Part shown: positions 1 to 10,691 of the stretch, piece by piece | How positions within the stretch are numbered: position 1 is the first letter of the stretch | Layout of the letters: every line of letters begins with the position of its first letter | Translations under genes and position numbers: made by a program | Notes under the pieces: model-generated | What the model was told of the DNA's origin: nothing | What the model saw: only the letters and a program-made list of their open reading frames with translations | Databases searched by the model: none | Origin: Betaproteobacteria bacterium UBA2592 | GTDB lineage: Bacteria; Pseudomonadota; Gammaproteobacteria; Burkholderiales; Rhodocyclaceae | Length of the DNA stretch: 64,000 nucleotides | Direction of reading: 5' to 3' | Assembly: GCA_002340095.1 (NCBI GenBank) | Contig: DDKS01000067.1 | Span: 831-64,830 of the forward strand

Positions 1-708
1 GAGGGACACCACATCGGTCTGCTGGGGCGCATCGCCCCGCTCCACGAAGTTCATCTTGATTTCGGCAAACATCTCCGGCGTGGTGAATTCGCGGATGTCT
101 TCCAGGTTGCCGGCGTCGTTGGCGGCCTGGAGGCGGATGAAATTCACCTTGGCATTGCGGACAAAGCCCTCCACATCAAAATGCGCAGGGATGTTGCCGG
201 TAGCGCTGGTCGCCTGGAGCGGCGCGGCCTGGGGAGCCATGACGCCGCCCTGGGGATACTCGGGTACAGGAGCGCGGTTGTACCCTGCGGCGCCAGCTGC
301 TGCGCCAGCATACTGCATGCCTCCGGCCATGGCGGGCTGCTGGTTCGCGGCCCGCTTGCGCATGATGAAGCCCAGCACCATGAGGACGGCAAGCACCACC
401 AGGCCGATCAGGAGCATGGATGCCAGCTCCTCACCGAAGCCGAAGTGGGAGGCCAGGGCTGCCAGCCCCAGACCGGCGGCCAGCCCCGCCAGGGGCCCCA
501 TCCAGGAACGCTTGGGCTGGGCAGCCGGCGCAGCGGCGGCAGCAGCCGGCTTGGCCGCCGCAGGCGCGGCGGCGGGCGGCGGATTCACGGCTTCGCGCTG
601 CATGCCGGCGGATTTGCCGCCGCCGAAGCGCTTGGCGGCTTCCGCATCGCTGACCGTCAGCGTCAGTCCGAAAACCAGCGCTGCGGCAAAAAGGGCAAAG
701 GATTTCAT
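1..708 (-). CDS. Tim44-like domain protein (3' end runs off the window)
   Basis: Absent from the ORF track because no stop lies inside the window. I checked that the minus frame is open from 708 to 1. ATG at 708-706 has GGAG 7 nt upstream. Translation: MKSFALFAAALVFGLTLTVSDAEA (signal/anchor), an Ala/Pro/Gly linker, TM stretch LLIGLVVLAVLMVLGFIM, then FDVEGFVRNAKVNFIRLQAANDAGNLEDIREFTTPEMFAEIK, which I recognise from bacterial Tim44-like proteins. Confidence 0.7.
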   Translation of the reverse strand, partial: MKSFALFAAALVFGLTLTVSDAEAAKRFGGGKSAGMQREAVNPPPAAAPAAAKPAAAAAAPAAQPKRSWMGPLAGLAAGLGLAALASHFGFGEELASMLLIGLVVLAVLMVLGFIMRKRAANQQPAMAGGMQYAGAAAGAAGYNRAPVPEYPQGGVMAPQAAPLQATSATGNIPAHFDVEGFVRNAKVNFIRLQAANDAGNLEDIREFTTPEMFAEIKMNFVERGDAPQQTDVVSL

Positions 709-915
709 GGCAGTCTCCATTGGGAATGATTGAGCGATACGAGGATAAGCTTTCTGAAAGCACAAAAAAACAGAATGAAGCTTCGATTCCGATCGAAAAA
801 AGTTGAAGGACCTTCCGCTGTCCCCGGGCTGCTCGATGACCGGGCCGGACACGCATCGAAGGGCATCCCCCAGGGGGCTGGGCCATACCGGCGGGCGGCC
901 CCGGTCCTGGAGCGT

Positions 916-1559
916 TCAGGAAACTGAGGAATCGTCTGCCACCACCCGGTTGCGCCCTTGGTGCTTGGCCTGATAGAGCCGCTGGTCGGCAACCCGGAAC
1001 AACTGTTCCAGAGTGCTCCCGTCCCCGGGAAACGCCGCCAGACCGATGCTGAGGCTCACCCGGATGCCACCGGCGGCGCTGGGCACCTCCATGGCCTCGA
1101 CCTGCTCCAGGATGCGGCCGGCAACCCTCAGGACCGTGTCCTTCCCGGTTTCCGGCAACAACACCATGAATTCCTCGCCCCCGACCCGCCCGAGGAGATC
1201 CGAAGGGCGCAGGATGGATTGCACCCGCTCCATCACGCAGCGCCGGTTGGCGGCACCGGTCAGGAAATCGGTGCTGGCCAGGCGCTCCAGCCCCCCGTGG
1301 CTTGCCTCCAGCTGCGCCAGGGCGCGTTCGGCATCCACCTTGGCCGGCGCAGTTGCTCCATGATCTCTTCCTGGCTGAACACCCAGGAAAAGGCACGGGT
1401 GGAATGGAAAGCCAGCACGACCCAGTAGCTCAGGAAGAAGAAGCCGCCGGCAAAGATGGTATGGGCCAGCCACCACATGTGGGTACGCAACGCCTCGCCA
1501 GGACTGCCGTGCCCCGGGGAGGTTGCAGCGGGCAAGGCCAGGAGCAGGTCGAACCCCAC
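916..1559 (-). pseudogene. Membrane-anchored diguanylate cyclase (GGDEF) split by a 1-nt frameshift (pseudogene or sequencing error)
   Basis: Frame A (ORF 1260-1559) has TM helix MWWLAHTIFAGGFFFLSYWVVLAF followed by SQEEIMEQLRR. Frame B (3' part of ORF 916-1752) reads AKVDAERALAQLEASHGGLERLASTDFLTGAANRR...RPSDLLGRVGGEEFMVLLPE...ADQRLYQAKHQGRNRV, a complete GGDEF domain with an RxxD I-site. The frames join cleanly if one nt is restored in CGCCGGCCAAGG near 1340-1352. The 5' part of ORF 916-1752 overlaps rhlE and is Ala/Arg/Pro noise. Confidence 0.55.
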
Positions 1560-1606
1560 GAACAGGGCGATCCCAGAGCCACCAGCCCTGCCGCCCCGCC
1601 CTGTCC

Positions 1607-2971
1607 TCAGTGGTGCCGGCTGCCGTTGCGATGCTGGCCGCCCCCCGGACGGCCGGAACCGCCGCCATGGCCACCCCGGCGTCCGCTGCCGGGCTGTCCG
1701 CCCTCGCCACGGCGCGGCGCGGCGGCCGGCTGGCCCCGGCCCTGACCGCCATTACCGCCCCGGCCCTGCCCCTGGCCTGACTTAGGCGGATTGGGCTTGG
1801 CGGGGTTTTCGAGGGTCATCACCGGCTCGAAACCGGGCAGCACCAGCCGCTCCAGGTCCTTCTTGATGAGCCGCTCGATGCCCTTGAGGTAATCCTTCTC
1901 GTCATGGCAGACGAGGGAATAGGCCTCCCCTTCGGCCCCGGCCCGGCCAGTGCGGCCGATGCGGTGCACGTAGTCCTCGGCGATGTTGGGCAGCTCGTAG
2001 TTGATCACATAGGGCAGCTGGTCGATGTCGATACCCCGGGCAGCGATGTCGGTGGCCACCAGGGCCGCCAGCTTGCCTTCCTTGAACTCGGTCAAGGCAC
2101 GCACCCGGGCGCCCTGGGTCTTGTTGCCGTGCAGGGCGGCGGAGCGGATGCCGCTCTTTTCCAGGGTGCGGGACAGGGCATCGGCGCCGTGCTTGGTGCG
2201 GGTGAAGATCAAGACCTGGTGCCAGCCCCGGGTCTCGAACAGGTGCAGCAGCGCCTCCTTCTTGCGCTCCTTGTCGAGGGGGATGACCTTCTGCTGCACG
2301 GTTTCGGCAGGCGTGTTGCGCCGCGCCACTTCCACATAGGCGGGATCGTGCAGGAAGCCGGCGGCCAACTGCTTGATCTCGTCGGAGAAGGTGGCCGAGA
2401 ACATCAGGTTCTGGCGGGTACCCTTGGCGGGCAGCAGGGCGAGGATCTTACGGATGTCGCGGATGAAGCCCATGTCCAGCATCCGGTCGGCCTCGTCCAG
2501 CACCAGGATTTCCACAGCGGACAGGTCCAGGGTGCGCTGGTTCACGTGATCCAGCAGGCGGCCGGGACAGGCCACGAGGATGTCCACGCCCCGGCGCAGG
2601 GCGGCAATCTGGGGATTCATGCCGACGCCGCCGAACATGGCCAGCGAAGTGAGCGGCAGGTGCTTGCCGTAGGTACGCACGCTCTCCTCCACCTGCAGGG
2701 CCAGCTCCCGGGTGGGGGTCAGCACCAGGGCCCGGGGCGCCTTGCTGACGGCCCGGCTCAGGCGGTCCTTGCGGCTGGTCATCAGGCGCTGCAGCAGCGG
2801 CAGGGTGAAGCCGGCGGTCTTGCCGGTGCCGGTCTGGGCGCAGGCCATCAGGTCGCGGCCTTGCAGCACCACGGGAATGGCTTCCCGCTGGATGGGGGTG
2901 GGATCGGTGTAGCCGGTGTCGTCCACGGCGCGCAGCAACTCGGGCAAGAGGCCCAGTTCGGTGAATTTCAT
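1607..2971 (-). CDS. rhlE: DEAD-box ATP-dependent RNA helicase, RhlE-like
   Basis: [16 protein letters not shown]..., Q-motif [40 protein letters not shown] precedes ATG 2971, so the track ORF start at 3028 is an upstream extension. The C-terminal tail is Gly/Arg-rich and basic. Confidence 0.92.
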   Translation of the reverse strand: MKFTELGLLPELLRAVDDTGYTDPTPIQREAIPVVLQGRDLMACAQTGTGKTAGFTLPLLQRLMTSRKDRLSRAVSKAPRALVLTPTRELALQVEESVRTYGKHLPLTSLAMFGGVGMNPQIAALRRGVDILVACPGRLLDHVNQRTLDLSAVEILVLDEADRMLDMGFIRDIRKILALLPAKGTRQNLMFSATFSDEIKQLAAGFLHDPAYVEVARRNTPAETVQQKVIPLDKERKKEALLHLFETRGWHQVLIFTRTKHGADALSRTLEKSGIRSAALHGNKTQGARVRALTEFKEGKLAALVATDIAARGIDIDQLPYVINYELPNIAEDYVHRIGRTGRAGAEGEAYSLVCHDEKDYLKGIERLIKKDLERLVLPGFEPVMTLENPAKPNPPKSGQGQGRGGNGGQGRGQPAAAPRRGEGGQPGSGRRGGHGGGSGRPGGGQHRNGSRHH

Positions 2972-3169
2972 GGGGTGAAGCTCCTGATGCCAGCCACCTG
3001 CGCAAGGCAGATCAGTCTGGGCGGACATTCGTCAGGGAGGAAAAACCGGAAAGACGTCTATCGTCTTCAAGGCATGGCGCGGGAGACTGAAGCCCGGCCA
3101 AAAAGGGAGGTGGAGTATAGCACGGGCCGCAGCTCCGGGGTTCCGGGGAAGCGGGATGAAATCGGCCGC

Positions 3170-4408
3170 TCAGGCGGCCCCTTCGATGTAATAGTCGATA
3201 CGCCCCCGGGGCGCCAGATATTCGACCACCTCGAACGGCAGCTTGGCGGGGCTCAGGGCGGCCTCGATCTTCAGGTCCGTATCGCGCAGGTCGAGCAGGA
3301 TGGCCTCGCTGCGGGGCACGTCGGCATCGTGCAGCATGATCAGGGGATGGAGCAGATCGGCGGGATTGCTCTCCACCACCAGTCCCACGGCACCGTTGTT
3401 GAGGCTGACGAAGCTGCCCGGCGGAAACACCCCCAGGGTCTTGACGAAACGTTGCAACAGCTCCGGGTCGTAGCGGCCGGCCTCGCCCCGGAACATCAGC
3501 CCCAGGGCCTCGGCCGGGGTTCTGGCCTGCTTCAGGTCGAAGGGGTTGCAGAGGTTGTCGTAGCGGTTGGCGATGGCGACGATGCGGGCCAGCCTGGGAA
3601 TCTTCTCGCCCGCCAGACGGTTGGGAAAACCGCTGCCATCCCAGCTCTCGTGGTGGCAGGCGATGATGTTGCGGGCCGGCGTGCTCATGTTCTTCATGCC
3701 TGCCACGGCCTTGATGCCGTAACCCACGTGGGCCCGGTAGAACTCTTCTTCCGGCGGAGTGCGGCTGGCGGCGCGCAGGATGCGGGGCGGAATCTCCCCC
3801 TTGCCCGCGTCATGGAACAGGGCACCTAGCCCCAGGTTCTTCAGGTCCTCGGCCGGCAGCTTCATGGCCTGGCCCAGGAGCAGGGACAGCACCATCACAT
3901 TGAGGGCATGAAAGGCCAGGCCGTGGTCCTTGCCCTTCAGGTTCACCAGATGGATGGCGACGCTCTCGGCCCCGAGCAGGCCCTCCACCATGCGCCCCAC
4001 CATGGCCTGGGCCTTGGCGTGAGCTTCGGTGGGACGGGAGGTCATTTCCTTGAGCACCTCGGTGGCGGAGGCCGCCTCCTGCTCGAATTCCCGCTCGCGC
4101 CGGGCCAAGCGGTCCCGCTGGGCCTGAACCCGGGCCACCCGCTGGCGCTTCTCGTCGAGCATCCCGGCCAGGGCCATGCCGCCGAAATCGGGCTCATCCT
4201 CATGCACCGTGGCCTCGGGCAAGGGCTGGGCAGTGCTCTGCTGGGGGTCCCACTCCACGGTCTTCAGGCCCATCTCGCGCAGGGCCTGGATCTGTTTCTC
4301 GTTGGCGATGCGGAACTGGTTGAGCAGGAAGGGATGGTTGAGCCAGCCCACCCCGGCCAGGGAAATGAAGATGCCGGGCTGCAGCCGGTCGATGTCCAGG
4401 GTGGGCAT
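3170..4408 (-). CDS. HD-GYP domain c-di-GMP phosphodiesterase with DUF3391-like N-terminus
   Basis: MPTLDIDRLQPGIFISLAG..., ALFHDAGKGEIP, IACHHESWDGSGFPNRL (HD-GYP signature with a GFP variant). ATG 4408 lies 4 nt after the metZ stop. The longer track ORF (to 4792) overlaps metZ. Confidence 0.85.
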   Translation of the reverse strand: MPTLDIDRLQPGIFISLAGVGWLNHPFLLNQFRIANEKQIQALREMGLKTVEWDPQQSTAQPLPEATVHEDEPDFGGMALAGMLDEKRQRVARVQAQRDRLARREREFEQEAASATEVLKEMTSRPTEAHAKAQAMVGRMVEGLLGAESVAIHLVNLKGKDHGLAFHALNVMVLSLLLGQAMKLPAEDLKNLGLGALFHDAGKGEIPPRILRAASRTPPEEEFYRAHVGYGIKAVAGMKNMSTPARNIIACHHESWDGSGFPNRLAGEKIPRLARIVAIANRYDNLCNPFDLKQARTPAEALGLMFRGEAGRYDPELLQRFVKTLGVFPPGSFVSLNNGAVGLVVESNPADLLHPLIMLHDADVPRSEAILLDLRDTDLKIEAALSPAKLPFEVVEYLAPRGRIDYYIEGAA

Positions 4409-4412
4409 GGGC

Positions 4413-5603
4413 TCAGGCGCGGGAAAGGCCCCGCTCCAGATCGGCCTGGATGTCCGCCACCGCCTCCAGGCCCACGGCAATGCGCAGCAGGCCTTCGGAA
4501 ATGCCGGCCGCCGCCCGGGCCTCGGGACTGATGCGGCCATGGGTGGTGCTGGCCGGATGGGTGATGGTGGTCTTGGTGTCGCCCAGATTGGCGGTGATGG
4601 AAAGCAAGCGGCAGTTGTCCACCACCCGCCAGGCTTCCGCCCTGCCCCCCTTGAGCTCGAAGCTGACGATGGCGCCGCCACTCTTCTGCTGCTGCATGGC
4701 CAGTTCATGCTGGGGATGGGAGGCCAGCCCCGGGTAATGGACCCGCGCCACCTGGTGATGGGCTTCGAGCCAGGTCGCCAGTTGCAGCGCATTGGCAGAC
4801 TGGGCTTCGATGCGCAGCTTCAGGGTTTCCAGTCCCTTCAGGAGCACCCAGGCATTGAAGGCGGACAGGGTCGGCCCGGCCGTGCGCAGGTACTTGAACA
4901 CCTCCTCGGTGAGCTTCCGGGGACCGCACACGGCCCCGCCCAGGACGCGGCCCTGGCCGTCCAGATACTTGGTGGCCGAATGCACCACCAGATCGGCCCC
5001 CAGTTCCAGAGGCCTTTGCAGGATGGGGGTGCAAAAACAGTTATCCACCGCCACCAGGATGCCGTGCCGGTGGGCAATGTCGGCCAGCACGCGGATGTCG
5101 GCTACCTGGGTGAGCGGATTGGAGGGAGTCTCCAAAAAGAACAGCTTGGTCTCGGGACGGATCGCCGCCTCCCAGGCCGCCGGGTCGATCTGGGACACGG
5201 TGGTGCAGGTGATGCCGCAACGGGAGAGGATGTTGCCGAACAACTGCAGGGTGGCGCCGAACAGGCCGTTGGAGGCGACGATGTGGTCGCCGGCCTTGAG
5301 GTGGGCCAGGCACAGGGCCATGATCGCCGACATGCCGCTCGCCGTGGCAACGCAGTCCTCGGCCCCCTCCAGGGCAGCCAGGCGCTGCTGGAACATGCTC
5401 ACCGTGGGGTTGGAGAAGCGGGCGTAGACGTTGCCCTCCTCCTCTCCGGAAAACCGGGCCGCCGCCTGGGCGGCGCTCTCGAAGACGAAGCTGGAGGTCA
5501 GGTACAGGGCTTCGGCATGTTCGCCGAACTGGCTGCGCTCCTGACCGGCGCGCACCGCCAGGGTTTCCGGCTGATATGAAGCGGAATGCGGGAAAAGATC
5601 CAT
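4413..5603 (-). CDS. metZ: O-succinylhomoserine sulfhydrylase
   Basis: Full-length similarity to Pseudomonas-type MetZ: LAVRAGQERSQFGEH, YARFSNPTV, ASGMSAI, VHSATKYLDGQGR (PLP lysine), NLGDTKTTITHPASTTH. The purF-metZ adjacency matches Pseudomonas. Confidence 0.88.
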   Translation of the reverse strand: MDLFPHSASYQPETLAVRAGQERSQFGEHAEALYLTSSFVFESAAQAAARFSGEEEGNVYARFSNPTVSMFQQRLAALEGAEDCVATASGMSAIMALCLAHLKAGDHIVASNGLFGATLQLFGNILSRCGITCTTVSQIDPAAWEAAIRPETKLFFLETPSNPLTQVADIRVLADIAHRHGILVAVDNCFCTPILQRPLELGADLVVHSATKYLDGQGRVLGGAVCGPRKLTEEVFKYLRTAGPTLSAFNAWVLLKGLETLKLRIEAQSANALQLATWLEAHHQVARVHYPGLASHPQHELAMQQQKSGGAIVSFELKGGRAEAWRVVDNCRLLSITANLGDTKTTITHPASTTHGRISPEARAAAGISEGLLRIAVGLEAVADIQADLERGLSRA

Positions 5604-7138
5604 CAGTCCTGGCCCTCGCTGGGTGCCAGCCCCAGCACCATCTGGCGTGAGCCGCTGCCATCCTCGTCACCGGACCGGGTTTTGCCGCTGCGCTTGCTCT
5701 CCACCCCGTTCAGGTACTCCGGAGTCACATCACCCGTGATGTAACAGCCGTTGAAGCAGGATGTGTCGAAGCGCTCCAGCCTGGGATTGAGAGCGGTAAT
5801 GGAGGCAACGAGGGCTTCCAGGTCCTGATAGACCAGGGCATCGGCACCGATTTCCCTGGCGATTTCCTCGCCGGTGCGACCCGTGGCGATCAGCTCGGCC
5901 CGGGTTGGCATATCGATGCCATACACGTTCGGATAACGCACCGGGGGCGCGGCCGAGGCGAAGTACACCTTCAGGGCACCGGCCGCCCGGGCCATCTCGA
6001 CAATTTCGCGGCTGGTGGTGCCGCGCACGATGGAATCATCGACCAGCAGCACCCTCTTGTCCTTGAACTCCTGGCCCACGGTGTTGAGCTTCTGGCGCAC
6101 GGACTTCTTGCGCATGGCCTGGCCGGGCATGATGAAGGTGCGGCCCACGTAGCGGTTCTTGACGAAGCCTTCCCGATAGGGAATGCCCAGCTTCTGGGCA
6201 AGCTGCATGGCGGAAGGGCGACTGGAATCGGGAATGGGGATCACCACGTCGATCTCCTCCACCGGGATGTACTTCTTCACCTTATCGGCCAGGAACTCGC
6301 CCATGGAAAGACGGGTTTCGTAGACGGACACCCCGTCCATCATGGAGTCGGGCCGGGCCAGATAAACGTACTCGAAAATGCAGGGCGCCAGCCTGGGATT
6401 TTCGGCGCACTGGCGGGCGCTGAACTCGCGGTTCAGGTCGATGAAGATGGCCTCGCCCGGCGCCACATCGCGCATCACCTGGAAGCCCAGGGTATCCAGG
6501 GCCACCGATTCGGAAGCCACCATGTACTCGGTGCCTTCGGGCGTCACATTGGTGCCCACCACCATCGGGCGGATGCCGTAGGGATCGCGGAAGGCCAGCA
6601 GGCCATAACCGGCGATCATGGCTACCACGGCATAGGCCCCCTTGCAGCGGCGGTGCACCCCGGCCACGGCGGCGAAGATAGTGTCCAGATCGAGCCGGGG
6701 GCCCTTGGCGGCGGCCTGAAGCTCGTGGGCCAGGACATTGAGCAGCACTTCCGAATCGGAATTGGTGTTCACATGGCGCAGGTCCTTCTCGAACATCACC
6801 CGCTTCAGTTCCTCGGCATTGGTCAGGTTGCCGTTGTGGGCCAGGGTGATGCCGAAGGGGGAATTCACGTAGAAGGGCTGGGCCTCGGCGAAGTTCCAGG
6901 CCGACCCCGCGGTGGGATAACGGCAATGGCCGATACCCCAATTACCCGGCAGGGCGCGCATGTTGCGGGTACGGAACACGTCGCGCACCAGCCCGGGGCC
7001 CTTGTGCAGGTGGAAGGTATTTCCCTCGGCCGTGGCGATGCCTGCCGCGTCCTGGCCCCGGTGCTGGAGCACCATCAGACCGTCATAGAGAAGCTGGTTG
7101 ACCGGAGTGGTGGCGACTACGCCCAAAATACCGCACAT
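5603..7138 (-). CDS. purF: Amidophosphoribosyltransferase
   Basis: MCGILGV N-terminal Cys nucleophile, [11 protein letters not shown], and the PRTase motif [14 protein letters not shown]. Confidence 0.96.
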   Translation of the reverse strand: MCGILGVVATTPVNQLLYDGLMVLQHRGQDAAGIATAEGNTFHLHKGPGLVRDVFRTRNMRALPGNWGIGHCRYPTAGSAWNFAEAQPFYVNSPFGITLAHNGNLTNAEELKRVMFEKDLRHVNTNSDSEVLLNVLAHELQAAAKGPRLDLDTIFAAVAGVHRRCKGAYAVVAMIAGYGLLAFRDPYGIRPMVVGTNVTPEGTEYMVASESVALDTLGFQVMRDVAPGEAIFIDLNREFSARQCAENPRLAPCIFEYVYLARPDSMMDGVSVYETRLSMGEFLADKVKKYIPVEEIDVVIPIPDSSRPSAMQLAQKLGIPYREGFVKNRYVGRTFIMPGQAMRKKSVRQKLNTVGQEFKDKRVLLVDDSIVRGTTSREIVEMARAAGALKVYFASAAPPVRYPNVYGIDMPTRAELIATGRTGEEIAREIGADALVYQDLEALVASITALNPRLERFDTSCFNGCYITGDVTPEYLNGVESKRSGKTRSGDEDGSGSRQMVLGLAPSEGQD

Positions 7139-7151
7139 AGCAATTTCCTAA

Positions 7152-7643
7152 CTATCTGAATTTAATTCGTTTTGCCACATCTTCCGGCAACCAGTTCCGG
7201 GCCGCCAGCACAGCGGTTTCCAGAGGTGGGGCCAGCTGGGCCTGGGCCCACCAGGACTGCCGGGGCAAAGCCGTCATGCCCCCCACGGCCACCAGGACCA
7301 GCACGATGAAAACGCCCCGGGCAAGCCCGAACACCAGGCCCAGGAAGCGATCCGACAATCCCAGCCCGAGGGCGCGGATCATGCTGCTGGCTGCCAGCCG
7401 CCCCAGGGACATGAGCACGAGCACGGCGGCGAAGACGGCAACCCAGCCTGCCAGGGTGCGGATGGCCGGGTCCGCAATGCCGGTGAACACTCCCACGCCG
7501 ACCTCCGCCCCGAACTCCCGGGCCGCGAAAAAGGCCAGAATCCAGGCAGCCAGGGCGATCAACTCCCCCACCACCCCACGCCAGACGCCGATCAGGAGCG
7601 AGGTGCCGACAATGGCGATGACCCCGTAATCGAAAAAAGTCAT
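7152..7643 (-). CDS. cvpA: CvpA family membrane protein (colicin V production)
   Basis: MTFFDYGVIAIVGTSLLIGVWRGVVGELIAL..., four hydrophobic segments. The position directly upstream of purF matches E. coli. Confidence 0.85.
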   Translation of the reverse strand: MTFFDYGVIAIVGTSLLIGVWRGVVGELIALAAWILAFFAAREFGAEVGVGVFTGIADPAIRTLAGWVAVFAAVLVLMSLGRLAASSMIRALGLGLSDRFLGLVFGLARGVFIVLVLVAVGGMTALPRQSWWAQAQLAPPLETAVLAARNWLPEDVAKRIKFR

Positions 7644-8491
7644 TTGGCCGCGACAACGCCGGAGACTCCGATACGCTTCATCTTCTCCAGCGCCTTCTCG
7701 GCCGCCTCACGGCTGGGGAAAGGACCGGCCCGGACCCGGGTCTTCCTGCCCTGGGGCGAATCCAGGGGTTCCGTATAAACCTTGATACCCAGTTCGCCGA
7801 GTTTGGTCCTGATGTTCTTGACGTTGGCCTCGTTGGCGAAGGCGCCGATGAGGATCACATGGGGACCGGCCGCTGCCGCAGCCGGGGCGGGCTCGGCGCT
7901 CTTGCCGGCCAGGATGGCGGCGGCCCGCTCGGCTTCATCCACCTTGGCCGGTTTGGCCTCCACCTTGGGGGCTGGCTTGGGCTCGGGTCTGGGTTCGGTC
8001 CTGGATTCGGGTTTTGCCTGGGGTTTGGCGGCTGCCGCACCAGCAGGAACCGTCTCGACGACCCGGGCCACGGCCTGGGGCGCGGGCTCGGACTTGCCGG
8101 CCGGCGACGGGGACGGCACAACGGCGGCGGGCGCCGAAGGAGCAGGCGGCAGGCCAGCCGGAGAAGGTGCCGGGGGAAGCGCCGCAGGGGCCGGATCGGC
8201 CGCCGGCGCGGACGCTGCTGCGGGTGTCTCCTGGGGCACCGGAACGGCGGCGAGATAAGGCTGGAACGGCTTTTCGTCCTGCCCGGGAATGCGGATCTCC
8301 ACCTCCTGGGCCGGTGGGGCCGGCTCCTGGTCCATCACCATGGGCAGCACCAGCGCGGCAAAGCCGGCAAAGGCCACGGCTCCCACCAGGCGGCGGCGGG
8401 CCTTCTTCTTGATTTGCAGCTGGACGTCGTCGGGGTCGATCATGCTTGGGCTTTTCCTCGGCCTGGTTCCTGGGCCCTGCTCCCGTCCCAT
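7640..8491 (-). CDS. SPOR domain protein (DedD-like)
   Basis: Basic N-terminus, one TM (LVGAVAFAGFAALVLPMV), a long Pro/Ala linker, then a C-terminal SPOR domain: HVILIGAFANEANVKNIRTKLGELGIKVYTEP...RVRAGPFPSREAAEKALEKMK. The start is either ATG 8491 (TGATG overlap with the folC stop) or ATG 8443 (MIDPDD). Confidence 0.75.
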   Translation of the reverse strand: MGREQGPGTRPRKSPSMIDPDDVQLQIKKKARRRLVGAVAFAGFAALVLPMVMDQEPAPPAQEVEIRIPGQDEKPFQPYLAAVPVPQETPAAASAPAADPAPAALPPAPSPAGLPPAPSAPAAVVPSPSPAGKSEPAPQAVARVVETVPAGAAAAKPQAKPESRTEPRPEPKPAPKVEAKPAKVDEAERAAAILAGKSAEPAPAAAAAGPHVILIGAFANEANVKNIRTKLGELGIKVYTEPLDSPQGRKTRVRAGPFPSREAAEKALEKMKRIGVSGVVAAK

Positions 8492-9825
8492 CACGCCCGG
8501 CCCAGGGCCCGCAGGGCTCCGGCCACGGTGAGGAAGGATCCGAAGGCGAGAATTCTATCATTTTCCCCTGCCAGTTCCTGCGCTGCAGCAAGGGCCGCCG
8601 CGGGATCGGGGTGGCAGCTCAGGGGCGCACCGGGATCGGCCTCGGCCACCCGAGCGGCCAGGGTTTCGGCCTTGAGGCCCCGGGGGCCCTCCAGATCGGC
8701 CAGGAACCAGTGGGTAATGCGCCCGCGCAAGGCGGCGATGCTGCCTGCCACATCCTTGTCGGCCAGCATGCCCAGCACGGCGTAGGTCTTGTCGAAAAAC
8801 CCCATGGTGCCCAGGTTTTCCGCCAGCACCTGCACGGCCTGGGGATTGTGGCCCACATCAAGCACGATTGCAGGGCGGCCGGGCAGGACCTGAAAGCGGC
8901 CCGGCAACTCGGCGTGGATCAAGCCTTGGCGGATGGCCTGCATGGTCACCGGCACATCGGGTGCAAGACACTCGAGGGCCGCAATGGCCAGGGCCGCATT
9001 CCGGAGCTGTACAGCACCCCGCAGGCCGGGATAGGCCAGACTGCGGCGCTGCACGCTGCCATCGGCCCGCCGGCTCCAGTAGCGCCACTGCAGGCGGTTC
9101 TCGTCGTCCTTCTGAAAGCCGAAATCCCGACCGATCCGCAGCAAGGGCACCCCCAGGACTTCGGCCTGCTGCAGCAGGCGGGCGGGCGGCTGCGCGTCGG
9201 CACACAGGGCCGGCCGGCCGGCCCGGAAGATGCCGGCCTTCTCGAAACCGATGGATTCCCGGTCAGGGCCCAACCAGTCCTGATGGTCGAGATCCACCGT
9301 AGTCACCAGGGCCACATCCGGATCGTAGAGATTGACCGCATCCAGGCGCCCCCCCAGCCCCACTTCCAGGACCAGCACCTCGCAAGCCGCCTGGGCAAAA
9401 ACCTCCCAGGCAGCCAGGGTTCCGAATTCGAAATAGGTGAGAAAGACATTCCCGGCCGCGCGACGGGCCGCCTCGACCCGGGCGAAGGCGGCACAGAGCG
9501 GCTCGTCCGCCACCGGCCGGCCGCCCACGCGCACTCGCTCGTTGTAGGCCAGCAGATGGGGCGAGCTGTAGCAACCCACCTTGTGGCCGGCCATGGACAG
9601 GATGGATTCGAGATAGACGACGGTGGAACCCTTGCCATTGGTTCCCGTCACGGTAAGCACCGGACAGAAGGGGCGCTGCCCCAGGGCTGCGCTGACCCGC
9701 CGCACCCGCTCCAGCCCCAGTTCGATGCCGGCCTGCCCCTTGGGGTGCAAGCCTTCGAGATGATTCAGCCAGCCTGCCAGATCTTTTGGAAAATCGGCGG
9801 CCAGCCCGGCTTCAGGAGCGGTCAT
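8491..9825 (-). CDS. folC: Bifunctional folylpolyglutamate synthase / dihydrofolate synthase
   Basis: [27 protein letters not shown]..., P-loop [23 protein letters not shown] 9825 overlaps the accD stop (ATGA). The track ORF to 10608 is an out-of-gene extension through accD. Confidence 0.9.
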   Translation of the reverse strand: MTAPEAGLAADFPKDLAGWLNHLEGLHPKGQAGIELGLERVRRVSAALGQRPFCPVLTVTGTNGKGSTVVYLESILSMAGHKVGCYSSPHLLAYNERVRVGGRPVADEPLCAAFARVEAARRAAGNVFLTYFEFGTLAAWEVFAQAACEVLVLEVGLGGRLDAVNLYDPDVALVTTVDLDHQDWLGPDRESIGFEKAGIFRAGRPALCADAQPPARLLQQAEVLGVPLLRIGRDFGFQKDDENRLQWRYWSRRADGSVQRRSLAYPGLRGAVQLRNAALAIAALECLAPDVPVTMQAIRQGLIHAELPGRFQVLPGRPAIVLDVGHNPQAVQVLAENLGTMGFFDKTYAVLGMLADKDVAGSIAALRGRITHWFLADLEGPRGLKAETLAARVAEADPGAPLSCHPDPAAALAAAQELAGENDRILAFGSFLTVAGALRALGRA

Positions 9826-10691
9826 GCAACGGCGGGCAACTTCTGCAGCTGGGCCAGCAGTTGGGCCAGCTTGTCGCGCATCTGGCGGCGATCCACGATC
9901 AGGTCGATGGCTCCCTTTTCCAGCAGGAACTCGGAGCGCTGGAAACCTTCGGGCAGCTTTTCCCGCACGGTCTGCTCGATCACCCGGGGGCCGGCAAAGC
10001 CGATCAGGGCGCCGGGCTCGGCGATGACCACATCCCCCACGAAGGCGAAGGAGGCCGACACGCCGCCCATGGTGGGATCGGTGAGGACGGAAATGAACGG
10101 CAGTCCGGCCTCGGAAAGCCTGGAGAGGGCCGCCGTGGTCTTGGCCATCTGCATCAGGGAGAACAGGCCTTCCTGCATGCGGGCGCCGCCCGAGGCGGTG
10201 ATGCAGATGAAGGGGATGTTCTGCTCCAGGGCCACCTGGACGCCGCGCACGAAACGCTCGCCCAGCACGGACCCCATGGAGCCTCCCATGAAGTCGAACT
10301 CGAAGCAGGCCACCACCACGGACAGGTTCCGGATGCTGCCCTGCATGACCACCAGGGAGTCGCTCTCCCCGGAGCTCTCGCCCGCTTCCTTGAGGCGGGC
10401 CGGGTAGGTCTTGCTGTCCTTGAACTTGAGGCTGTCGGTGGGCAGCACCTCGGCGCCGATCTCCTCCCGGCCTTCCGGATCCAGGAGCAGGTCGAGGCGC
10501 TGCCGGGCCTTGAGGCGGTGATGATGGCCGCACTTGGGACAGACCTGCAGATTGTTTTCCAGGTCCGTGGTATAGAGCACCGCTTCGCAGGCGGGACACT
10601 TGCTCCACAACCCCTCGGGCAGATTGCTGCGGCGTTGGGCGCCGTTCTCACGCTTGATCTTGGGGGGCAGCAGTTTCTTCAACCAGCTCAT
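9822..10691 (-). CDS. accD: Acetyl-CoA carboxylase carboxyltransferase beta subunit
   Basis: [13 protein letters not shown]..., zinc ribbon CPACEAVLY...CPKCGHHHR, and a carboxyltransferase domain containing GGARMQEG. Confidence 0.95.
   Translation of the reverse strand: MSWLKKLLPPKIKRENGAQRRSNLPEGLWSKCPACEAVLYTTDLENNLQVCPKCGHHHRLKARQRLDLLLDPEGREEIGAEVLPTDSLKFKDSKTYPARLKEAGESSGESDSLVVMQGSIRNLSVVVACFEFDFMGGSMGSVLGERFVRGVQVALEQNIPFICITASGGARMQEGLFSLMQMAKTTAALSRLSEAGLPFISVLTDPTMGGVSASFAFVGDVVIAEPGALIGFAGPRVIEQTVREKLPEGFQRSEFLLEKGAIDLIVDRRQMRDKLAQLLAQLQKLPAVA

Noticed and set aside
56-733. A 225-aa plus-strand ORF at the left edge
   Set aside because: The opposite strand encodes a coherent Tim44-like protein with an RBS, a signal/anchor, a TM segment and a conserved C-terminal domain. 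The plus-frame product is Ala/Pro/Arg noise.
730-927. A 65-aa basic ORF (TTG start) between the GGDEF and Tim44-like genes
   Set aside because: No RBS, atypical composition, and it lies in what is more simply the Tim44-like gene's promoter region.
7850-8260. Pro/Ala-rich repetitive DNA (also 16440-16700 in fimV and 31930-32230 in infB), considered as tandem repeats or arrays
   Set aside because: These are in-frame low-complexity linkers of the SPOR protein, FimV and IF-2. There is no regular repeat-spacer structure, so they are not CRISPR and not a satellite.
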